Positions 41,572-53,415 of a DNA stretch of 64,000 nucleotides are shown piece after piece. This stretch comes from Adineta vaga (lineage: Eukaryota > Animalia > Rotifera). The DNA lies in contig CP075492.1 in assembly GCA_021613535.1 (NCBI GenBank), positions 9,858,001-9,922,000 of the forward strand, in the 5' to 3' direction. The notes below the pieces were generated by a model. That model did no database searches, was not told where the DNA came from, and saw nothing but the letters and a program-made list of their open reading frames with translations. The number at the start of each line of letters is the position of its first letter. Position 1 is the first letter of the stretch. The position numbers and the translations under genes were made by a program.

Positions 41572-43326
41572 TTATGAATCATAGAAGAATTTCACCAAAT
41601 AATAACGAATAAAAAAAGTCAGGAAACTACCGAAGACAATCTAAAATAGATGGATAAATGAGTGAGTGAATAAAAAATTAGTCCAAATCAGTCTTTCTAA
41701 CCTGTATTAACATCAAGATTCGAGAAAGTGTTTCTTCATGTAACGGTCCGAACCAACAGAGAACTGTATTAATAATCGTAAAATTTGTCGTTGAAATCAT
41801 TATTTCATTATCATTATTTTGATATTCTCGATATCGAATAAATTTTGTCAATGAAAAAAAGCGTAACATTAACCATCCGAGTGGTTTTAAATCTTTTTTC
41901 TTGAATTCAACTTCCGATGGATTCAATTTATTCGAATCCGGATCTAATCTAAAATCATATATGAAGTTTCGTTGCCGAATTGATGATGAACATTCGTTTT
42001 TTTTGTCTTTTCTATCTACCTTGGTAATCGATGTCGAGGACATGGAATAAATTTGAATAATTGTGGTACAGAAAGAAGAAAATTCACAATTTGTGGGATA
42101 AAAAAAAGTAACATCGTTTTGCTAAAATGACCAATGATACCAACGACAGCAAATGTCATTCCAGCAAAATAACAAAGTGTATCACCGACAAATATTTCTG
42201 CTGGACACCTGAACACATGAGAAAATCAATGTTGTAGGGGAAAAGAAAATCAAAAAAGTAAACAAACCAATTTCGAAGTAAAATTGGCATAGTACAAGCG
42301 ATGAATGGAATCATAAAATAGAGCGAAAAGAGGTGCTCTTCAAAACAAATACCTAAAGTAAAATTGAAAAAAACGAAAAGACTTTTCTTTCTATTTTATA
42401 ATTATTATTAATCGATAAATACAAACCTTGCAATTCAATTAAGTTAAAAATCAATATTGAACCTGCAATAATAATTGATTGGCCAACTTCAAGTCCATTT
42501 ACACCAGCCAATATATTAATTGCATTCGTACAAAAGACAGCTACCATACTCATGTAAATATAATAAAGAAAACCTGCATTCAAATAGATAGACATAGCAA
42601 TTAGATATTATTTAAAACTCTTTGTCTAGTATATGTTGAATTAATTCATACCAAGATTCCATTGTTGACCTAGATATGGTCTTACTGGTTTTGGGAGAAT
42701 AATAGTGGTTGAATGATAATTAGCAAAATAGACGAGTAAGAGTGGTAAAGAAGCAATCATTGGTAATAATAATTTTACACTCCAACGTAGATCAAGTACA
42801 TCATCAGCAAAACCAAGTAAAACCATGCAACAGATAGAAAGTAGAGCAGCTAAATATTCAACGAACTAAAGAAGAACAAAAAGAAAACAAATGCTTATTT
42901 CTTATCTATTAGAATTATTACTTTATGATTTGGAAAATCACTTTCTGGATGTAAATGTTCAGAAAAAACGATAGCAATCATGACGAACATTAATACCAGA
43001 AAAATCCCAGCTGCAATAACACCTTGTGATTCAGCACTAAATAACGAGAAAAAGCAATGAACAGTTTCCTTGAGCTAACATGTTTTCACCTTGCTAAACC
43101 TATATTACGAGTACTTTATTAGAAATGAATCTTACATTTTTCTCTCTCTTGAATTTCGTTTATTCAAATCATAACCCCATAATTCTGCCTTGATAAATTT
43201 CTCTTTCAACAATGGTATCAATCGATTAACAAGAATTCCACCAATAATCGAAATTACAATATCGAACGCAATTGTAAATAGATCGAAACGATCTATGACT
43301 GGTGCTGATGCTTTCATCGATTTCAT
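41572..43326 (-). CDS. DPAGT1: UDP-GlcNAc:dolichyl-phosphate GlcNAc-1-phosphotransferase
   Basis: [53 protein letters not shown]. Confidence 0.97.
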
Positions 43327-43914
43327 ACTACAAATAAAAGATATAGTTTAAAATACACTTATTCATCAAAGTTTTCACTATAGACAGTTGAATTTGAACC
43401 TTAAGTTTACTAAATGGATTTATTCAGATTAATTATCGTTAACAAAAACTAATTGACATTTCTATAGTAGAATGAGATCACTATTATATCCTGTACTTTA
43501 TAATATAGTATAATTCTGAGTTCGACAGAAACATCTGGAAGATTGCTATTGGTCTATCGATACATACCGATCAAAAATAAGCGTTACTGTATACGTTTTT
43601 TCCCTTCTACTCCACGTCAATCATAATTTTCGTATCATTTGAAGATACGAATCAGTATTACTAAAATAGAAACTGTCATATTATAGAGATCCTAAAAGAA
43701 AATCGTCGTGCGTTTTATCTTTAATATTCTTGCTTTTGTTTGATATAAACAGCATGTGCACAAAATGATAGACTATCGATACATTCATAGCAGTTTGTTT
43801 CTGGTTTATCTTTTGGTAATTAAACAAACAACGATATGCTATTATTTGATTTTATTGAATAAAAATATATATGTGGAGCACATGATCTGTTTATGATAAA
43901 TTGTCTTCATATAT

Positions 43915-44292
43915 TTAACGTCGTCCTGGCATTGCCCAGAGACCTTGAAGACTGTGTCCACCTTGAAAATTTGCTGGTTCACCAAGATATTTTTTCCGTC
44001 TTTCTTCAATACCATAATGATATGCTTTCTTTGCTTTCATTGGCCAAGCAACAGATCTATCGACTAGTCCATGATCACTACCACTTTCATTGTTATCAAC
44101 TTCTTCAATTTCATTCCACAATGCGGATGCGACTACTGATGGTTCAGGTATAAATCGTGTTCGTGCCCAAGACGAAACCAATAACTAAAGACAACATAAA
44201 AACAAATAGTGGAGATATTCAAAAAGATCAATTGAAATTTTACTTACTTGCATGAGAATAGCAATAAGAAGTATTTGTTGAGAGTAACGCAT
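43915..44292 (-). CDS. Neuropeptide/prohormone precursor (C-terminally amidated peptide)
   Basis: Signal peptide MRYSQQILLIAILMQLLVSSWA across one intron, KK and RRKK convertase sites, ends ...GLWAMP-GRR-stop. Confidence 0.78.
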
Positions 44293-45653
44293 GATAATAA
44301 TGATGGAAATGATAGGTATTGAATGTGTAGACGAATATAAACGTTTCCTTTTGAGCACTGGTTAATAAATACTCGGATTGGTAAGACGTCAGCAAGAATT
44401 AATAATCAATTTTGATACTCATTTTTGTTCCGATATATATTAATATGTGGGCAAAGAAATATTAATGTGACATCTCATCTAACTGTATTTAATGCCGTAA
44501 GTGCACTTTATCTCAATGTCAATGTCGTCAATCAAATTTTAACGATTGAAAAATAGTTATAATTTATTTAAATATCTAACCTTCGTAGATACTGCATTAT
44601 GATGTGAATGAAAAAAATACATTTCTGTTTACAATGCTTAAATAAATGAGTATTATTGAACTATTGTTTTTTTTTAACTTTCGATAAGACTCTTGAGAGT
44701 ATAGATGTATAGTTATTGATAACATGTTTGAATAAAATAGGACGGTGCACTGTTTGTTGTCAATTCTGTCAGATAAGTTTAGAAATTGTGCTAATGATCG
44801 AGAGTGTTCATCGATGATTATCAATAACTTTAAAAATAAGTGGTTATTACTTATTCTGACGTCTTTTGAAAAATGTTCACTTAATTTATTTTATCAAACA
44901 CGCAAATTATGACGTCCTAAGTTTTCTGAGTAACAATTAAACTGAATTCGAATTGTTTGAGAAGTTCAAATCATAACTACGAATGATAATGACGTCGTTT
45001 TATATGAAATATGTGAATAATCAATCTGTGCAACACGTCCATGATAAAAACATCTCGACAGACTTTCAAAGACTAGACCAACCAAACTGACATATTCGAT
45101 GACATTTGGAACGAATATTTTGTTAAATTATCTAGCGCGTTAGTCGTGTCATAGTAGTTCTTTGTTTTTGATTTAGGGAATTCGCCTCTGCTATTTCTCT
45201 TTTATTATTAGTATTATCCTAGAGTAATCATCACAACGACATCATCCAATCGTTGACCTTTTCATTGAAAAACAAGTTTCGAGCACGTATTTTCTTTTTT
45301 TTTAAGCGAACTCGAATAAAAATGTGAAAAAGTTTAAAATTTTCGAAGGTCAATGTATACTAAATGTTGTCTATTATTTGTTAAACACTTTAAATTGTGT
45401 GGGATAAACATTCTTTTTGTAATACAAAACGAATAGACTATCAAAAAGTCAAGATTATGACTTCTTCAAATACTTGTACTCACGTTCCGAAAATGCATGT
45501 GAAAACGATGTTCTTTCACGTATATTATTAATCCCGATAGGATATAGAGTGAGAGAAATAGTCACCATATAAACGACGATTGTAACCATCATTATTCGAC
45601 ATTTTCTATTTCATCAATCTCGATTCTAATTCGTTCGAGAAACTTTGAACAAT

Positions 45654-47024
45654 ATGCGTGCTAGTCTAGTTATTTGCTTGGCTCTTTTCGTTGTCATGGT
45701 CAGCTGTGCTGTACCAAAAACAAGTAAAGCACCAAAACGTCAATCCGCTTACGCATATTTACGTTCGGTTCGAGGTAAAAATTCTTGTGCTGGTGGAACA
45801 TGTCCATTCTGGGAACGACATGGCCGTTCATTTGCAGCACTTCGATGTTATTCACAACAATATCAAGAATGTGTTTGTCTTCATCGCATGTGTTTCAGTT
45901 CATGTATGTTTCAACGTGATGAATGTAATAAAGAAATGGCTATATGTTTAAAACAAATATGTCCACGATGTATGCCAGCATCATCGTTATCAATGTGTCA
46001 AGTGTATGATTCAATGGCTGATAAAGTAGCTCAAGCACTTTCAGTTTTTGCTTGTTATCCATGTTGTCCCAATCTTGTTAATTCAGCTTCGAATAATACC
46101 AATAGTAAGTGAATTTTGACGTAAATGTTATGAAAATATTAACATTGATCACTTTTCTGTTTTTCTTTTATAGACACAGGAGCTAATATCATAACAACAA
46201 CACCTCGTAAGAAGTATCAATTGATTTCATCACTTTAAAATAATTTCAATTTTATATAGAATCTGCCAACGGTGTAAATACAGGAGCAACAGGAAATACA
46301 AATGGAGCAGGTGAGTGAACGACATTGTCTTTCTGCTTTTGAATTTATTTTTTGTTTTACTTTTATTTAGGTATGTTATAGCATTGCTTTTTTTATTTCG
46401 AAATATACATATACATTTGTTGATCTCCTCTCAAATTAAAGCTGCCGGTTCAACAACTCGTAAGTAAAACCAAATAAATCTCATTTTGTTGTAAATTGAT
46501 GTATCTATCTATTTTAGCAATTCCTCAGAACACAAACAATACTTCGATTAATGGTGGCATGGGTAAATCTATCTCTAGATATTATAATCCATGAGACATA
46601 ATATAATTTCTTTATTAGGTCCTAATACAGTAAATGGAGCACGTCCAAATAATAATAATGGTAAAGAAAGACTTCTCTCTATTAATTTTCATCGAACGAT
46701 TTGTATTCGTTCTTTTTCAAAGGAAATACTTCTAACTTTGGTGGTGTATTTCCTGGTAGTGGTGTGGCAAATTTGAATGCAAATATAAGAAATAACAGTA
46801 GCAACAATAGCAATGCTAATAAGAATAGACCTGTTCAAAATCAACAAGTTCGACAAGTCACACGTCCAACAACACGACGTACGGTTACAACTCGTCGTAC
46901 AACAACTCGTCGAAAAACGACTACTACTCGTCGGCCATTAACAACGACAACAACTGCTCGTGGTAATAACATCAAAAATGCTGTTCGTAAACCCGTACAA
47001 GCTCAGAAAAAACCACAATTTTAA
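45654..47024 (+). CDS. Secreted Cys-rich protein with PLA2-like (conodipine/group IX-XII type) domain and micro-exon-encoded Asn/Gly/Thr/Arg tail
   Basis: Signal peptide; C-x2-H-R-x-C-F-x2-C...C-N-x2-M-x2-C-L-x3-C pattern; five phase-1 micro-exons and a terminal exon to 47024. Confidence 0.7.
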
Positions 47025-47921
47025 AAAATTAGATTTAAACAATACACATATACCCACATATATAAGAATTTTCCTTCATTCTTTTCCCTCTTTTCTTTGA
47101 AATAAAAGAATTTATACCAAATTTTAATATTCAATTCTTCTTTATTTTCTATTTTATTATTTCATATACTCGATTCATACAAACAAACATTTTTCTTATA
47201 ATACAAAAGTCAGTGAAGCGTTACGGCAGTAATGAATATGCCCACGCTATCACGCGTCATCCTTCTTTCCAATTTATCTCTTTTTTTTCTTAACTAACCT
47301 TGCACAAATTTGTTGCACATAGGAAGATAGTTGGGCATGCATCGCCTGCACATTTTTTTTACTTATATATGTTATTTGGTTGCTCCTGATATATATGAAA
47401 ACGTCCAAGTCATGGTTTTATTTGTATATGTATCATTTCAGTCAACAAAAAATTATTACTATCGTGCTGCTTGCTGACGTGTGACGCGTTCTCTTCTTGC
47501 CTTTTTTTCGTTTTTTGGGGGGAAGGGGTATTGTATAATTCGTCGCCGTCGTTTCTCTCTCTCTCTCTCTCTCTCTCGCTCTCTTGAAGTAATTTTTTTT
47601 CCAATGATGTATATGATGGGTAAAGCAATTGCGTGTAGTCAATTGGGTAGTAATGAGAGAGAGAGGTTTCAGAAGACAGTGAAGGAAAAAGAGACAGTAA
47701 AAAAATTAAAACATCCTTATAGCAACATATCAAGATAGAAAAAAAGGCTTTTTTTGTATTTCTCTTTTTTTTCTTTTTTTCTCTTTCTCTCTTGTTTCTT
47801 GAGTCCAGTTTGTTGTTTGTTATTGACGATCAGCATAATCATTGAGTTCTTTAGCTTTGTTATTTATATGAACTTTTGTCCTATTTTAGAAAAGTGATAG
47901 ACCGCCTGCTAATCTGCGGCT

Positions 47922-48470
47922 ATGTTTCAACGTACAGGCGGATTTTCAGGATCAAGAGCACGTGCGTATCAATAAAGATGTTTTCAATCTTATTTAGTCT
48001 AACTTTGATGTTGTTTATCTATTTCTTATAGCATACGTGCCTAATGTTGCAGCATCACGGGGAGTTTACCGATCAGCTTATGTTCGACCAGCTAGTCGTT
48101 ATGGCGTTCGACCTCCCCTTCGACCAGTAGTACCCGCTGGTCGAGGACCCGGTGGAGCTGGTCTTCTTGCAGCTATTCTTGGACCCATTGGTGGTCTTAC
48201 TGGATGTTTATGCTGTCTTAACACCATCGGTGTTTGGGGTCTATTTATTACGGCTATTCCATTGACTGTCTTCATCAGTGAGTCTATTTCGAAAAGATTA
48301 ATTTCTTTTTTCTTTTGTTCAAGCTTAACTTTTAATCTATTCAAGGTCGATGGTATCGTGATTACAAGAACCGTAATGGAAGTGGTGCTGAAGAACTTCT
48401 TGTTCCACATATGCTTCTCCTATTAGTGCTCGTATGTTCGTTCTTGTTCACGTTCATGCGTCGCTCATAG
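47922..48470 (+). CDS. Small membrane protein, paralog 1 (N-terminal TM plus hydrophobic C-terminus)
   Basis: 3 exons; LGPIGGLTGCLCCLNTIGVWGLFITAIPLTVF|SRWYRDYKNRNGSGAEELLVPHMLLLLVLVCSFLFTFMRRS. Confidence 0.75.
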
Positions 48471-49721
48471 ATCAAACATCGATGACTTGGTCTTTCTCCT
48501 ATTTATGGTGTTATTTCTCTAATATACAAAACACAACAAAAATGGCTTGACTTTTTTTTTGTTCATACTTCTTTCTTTTGCAACACAACGAATTTTATTT
48601 CTTATCCGTTTTTTTCTCTTCATCTTTTGATTATTAACAAAACCACGGAACGCGCGCGATATGCATCATTAAACATTCTTTTCCCTAAAAGCAGCTAAAA
48701 AATATGACAACGACGACGGCGACGATGACGACGACAAAATAAAATCTATCTTTTCAAATTCATGTATTATCCAGCAGCAAACGTGGCGATGTTCAATGTT
48801 TTCTTTTTCTCACTTTTTTGCTATCTCTCTCATTCCATCTTTTTATTCAACTGATTTTTATTTTTTTTCTGTCCCTACATATCACTCGTAAAATTCAAAT
48901 AAATCATTTCGGACGCCATTCATTGTGTATTAAAATTTTCAATCTCATTAAAAAATTTACTATTTCATTTTGAGTATTATGATGAAATGAATGACCTTGA
49001 ATTGCTCATTTCTATTCAACAAGATTAGAAACTTTACATTTACATTCAGTGCAAATCTTTTGTTTATATTTGCTGTATTTCGTTTTTTCTTCTTCTCTCT
49101 TTGCTCTTTTCATCGAGTCAACATTCGTCATACATTTTCACTTTGTCATGCATGGTTTCCGCACAATATTCTCTTCTTTCTTCAAAATTTGTCTCAATAC
49201 TATACATGTCCTATCGATGCTTGTCGTCGTCATTTTTTTTCTTCTTTTTTTTCTGGGGTTGCAGTTACGCGTGTATACGGTTGAATAGGCACATCAACGA
49301 AAAAAAAAAGACTTGCTTCTTCTTCAATTTTTCTCGAAAGCATTCATGACGATATAACGCCGTATGAAAAATTACCTTGAGTCAATAGATATGCCTGACA
49401 AAAAAAAATCGAGAAAAAAATGTATAGCTATGATTGAGAGAGAAACCTGTATTGCCTCCCTCTATATGAGAGAGAGTAGGAAGCTTTTTCCCTCCGTAAC
49501 GATAGTTAACTTGCATGAAAACAAACTTATTTTTTAGTGCATTTTCTTTTTTTTCTCCTCTCTCTTTCCCCCTTTTTCCTTTTTGTCTATCTAAGCGTGT
49601 GAATGTCCATCCTTTTGGTTGTATGAAGAAGAAAATAACGAGATATTACTGACCCTTTTCTTACATCTTTAATTTCTTTTCTAGACAAGAGAGTGTGCGC
49701 GTGTAAACTAAACACTCATTA

Positions 49722-50059
49722 ATGGCCAATCCAATCGGCGCTGCACTCGGTCCAGTAGGTGGCCTTGCAGCGTGTGCTTGCTGCTTGATTATTGCTGCTA
49801 TTTGGGGTCTTTTTGCAACTACTATTGCATTGGCCGTCTATACAAGTAAATCTATTTGTGTTTTCTCCTTGGAAAATTTATCTGAACCTTTTATATTTCT
49901 TTCATTTTTGCAGAAGATTGGCGAGATGCCATCAAAAAAGCATACAACATCAGTGGTGCTGGTGATGTAAACATGTTCTTTAGTCACGCTCTTCTTCTGG
50001 GTATTCTTTGCGTATATGGCTATCTTGGACTTCGGCGAGCACTTCGCTCAGCCAATTAA
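49722..50059 (+). CDS. Small membrane protein, paralog 2
   Basis: 2 exons; LGPVGGLAACACCLIIAAIWGLFATTIALAVYT|KDWRDAIKKAYNISGAGDVNMFFSHALLLGILCVYGYLGLRR; intron in the same position and phase as paralog 1. Confidence 0.78.
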
Positions 50060-53000
50060 ATTTTCTCGACTATTTATTTACCATCTAATTGTCAAAAAAA
50101 AGCGAATACAAAAGTGATATCAAATACTAATAAGAAATATAACAACAAATTAAACACCACCAACTCTATTTTGTTAACACTACGAACCACTACGATTATA
50201 AACAATAAGAGTGATGATGATGTGCTTATTTTTTCTTGAAATTTTTTTCTTCGCGTGTTTTTTTTCTTTTTCATTAAATCCACCGCCCGTTGTGTAAAAA
50301 CAAATAAGACATCTACCATTGATACATACCTATACAACTCATTCTATTGCATAACTGTCACTGAGAAAGTTCATCAAACGAAAGGATAAATCGACAGGAA
50401 ATATATAATTCTATGAGAGTGAGGTGATAAAAAAAAACATCAAAGTATTCAGTGATCTTTTTCTAAGATCAAGCAATTCATAAACAATAAAGTTTCATTG
50501 AAAGAAGTATTTTTCAATAAAAATATCATTATTGATTATTGTAATTTTGAAGGACTTTTTCTTGAAAAGTTACAAATATTATTTTCAAAACAAAAAACAC
50601 AACTTTTTTTCATGAGATTGTATTTCTTTTCTATATATATATATATATTTTCATATGATAGCAATATATTTTCAATATGTCACTCGACATAAGATGATGC
50701 AACTGAATTCTATTAGAAGTAATGTTCACTTTAATAGTGTACACTAGTCTGTGCAGAATAAGATCGTATTGGATAATGGTTCTTTTTTTTCTCTCGTCGT
50801 AATTCAACCATAGGTTTTTTTGCTCATGATTAATATAGGAACAAAATTAATAATGAGAATAGTTGAAGACATTAATGAATATAGAAACGTTAACAAAAGC
50901 TTAATGACGTAAGTACAAAAACATAATTGATGAACTTGGTTTCGTGTCTGATTTCATCCATCGAAAGCATATCGAAAGTCATTTGAAATATTTGTCATCA
51001 AAAGAATGATCGCGTGTGTTCATTTGCAATATCGGTAATTATAGTCTCTGTATTTTTCATATTATGACGTGCTGATTTAGCTTTCTTCTCTTTTTGCCTT
51101 CTGAAGTAATGATTGCTTCAGGCAGATATCATTCGAATGAACAATAAATATACATCTGTATCTTTTCATCACACCCACTTGTTTCCTTCTTTAGTTTTAA
51201 TAATACTCACTTTACTTATACTGCCATAAACCTCTCTATACCTACTCATCAATAAACTAAGTCATTAGCTGAAATAAGTACATCTATCTAAATATATTCT
51301 TAACACAGAGCAGTCAAGTTTCGATAGAACACCATGCGTGTGAATATCAATCTCTGTGGATTATGATTCGATTAATAGTAATGATGAAGAATTGGCATTG
51401 TTTCTATGAAGTTGCCATTAGGGAACTGTATGGACAGAAAAGTCCGATCGAACTAATTACTCGACTGTTCATTCATCTGGTTAACATATTTGTCAAGTCA
51501 TATTTGTATCGGACAATGTCCTTTTTTCTTCATTCTTGAGTCAGGTATTCAATAGCTCTTGAACGGATTGGTCGATTAAGAGTTTATTGATACAACAACC
51601 AGAGAAGAAAAGGAGAAGGAGAAGGAGAGAGAGAGGACAAGTCTATAATTTTCAAGATCAAATGCAAAAAGAAGGGGAGAGAGAGAGAGAAAGAACAAAT
51701 TTGTGGCGCTTGATTAAGTCGCTCATTCACTTGCCGGCATATATGCATTTTCAAGTCTTTCGAATTATCCATTATCGCGATAATACAGGCGGGCCTTTTT
51801 CTCGGCATCAATACTTGAAAAATGTGTATATCGATGTATATTGTCGGGACAACCTTCGTCATTATGTGCTGCGAGCAAGTCTATGTATATATACATGTAT
51901 TGTTATACATGGAATGATGACGCCCTGTTGAGCACAGACAGACTGATTGTGTAAGTAATGTACATAAGTATGAACGAGTCTCATTTAAGTTAAAAGAAAA
52001 GGTAAGAGCGTTGATATTTTGTCTTTTCATCATTTTGAATATAAATGTTTTTTTGTTAAACATTGAAAAGTTGGTGTTTTTTTCTTTTTCAATTCAACGT
52101 CTGATGTATTCATATTCATCATATGTCACGTACTATCACATTAAATCAACAAGCATCGTGTGGCTCTATTTGTCTTTCGATGGATATGATCCATGACAGA
52201 CGTAAAGAATGGAATCAGGTTTCTTTTATGTTATAACACCACTCAAATTATTATTGATCGACAAGTGTCTGTTTATTTTCTTGTAATTAAATTGAACTAT
52301 CAATATTTTCTTAGACAATTAAGGTTTCAGTTTTTTTTTCTTTGTAAGTTTTTAATTAGATCGAAATGATTTCTTTCGTTTCTTTTTCTTCTTTTTTTTG
52401 TATCTATAATTGTTTTAATCCATGCCTATTGACTGATATTGCGGATGCTTGTTGTCAATCATTTACTAACTCTTTCACTCCTCCTTTTCTTTTCATCTCA
52501 GAAGATTCACATAGAGATGATGAAGAACAATGTATTTGATGGAGATTTAGCAAACGAAAGAAGTTACTTCCGTACCGCGTGCACGAGTTTTTTTTAATTT
52601 AGTAACGACGCCGATAAGGCTTAATCACACTTGTTCACTTTCTTTCTTTCTTTTTTTGCTAACAATGAATGAGGAAAAGCTGTTAAAATCCCAAACGAAA
52701 ATATGAATGAATATTCATATGTGTGAAGAGTAGACATAGACCGGATAAGACGATAAAGTGACGAAAGTTGACAAACACGTGCCCAATGTTGAAATAATAG
52801 ACTTTATTTATCACAGCTTTTAAATTTCTCCTTCTTCTTCTTCTTCTTCGCTATTCACAATAGAGAAGAGACGATAAAAATTCCTCAAGTGTATTGTCTC
52901 TTCTCTCTTTTTCATTGATCAATATCGTTTCTTCCAATCGAATAAATTGTAATTAGAGGGAAGAAGACATATGTACAGAATTCAGATTGAATTGTTCCAC

Positions 53001-53415
53001 TGTGACACGCACACTATGAAGCCAATTATAATCATTCTGTTACGGAGTTTTCCTCCTTCTTTAAATTGTTTAAGCTTATCTTCAATCAACTGAATATATA
53101 AAAATCGTTTTTCTCGCTCTCTGTCGTTCACATTCTCGCACAAGTTAACGCTAGATTAATTCACACAGTAAGTAACCAACAAAATCTCGACTGTTCAACG
53201 TGGAAGGTTAAAATTAATATATTTGATAGAAATAAAAACGTGCTCAAGAAAAGAGCATTGAAGAGATAATAGAGAACTTTTCATATATATATATACATCT
53301 CGTATTACTTCATTGAGAAGAGTATTAATCTCCTACTTGAGGGTAATATATTTGATTGTTATTCGAATAAATTTGACGAATATTTCACCTTTTTTTTTCT
53401 TTTAGATAATAAAAT

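Noticed and set aside
50092-52196. ORFs between the microprotein pair and the cadherin gene
   Set aside because: Low complexity and non-ATG starts; likely regulatory DNA or 5'UTR exons
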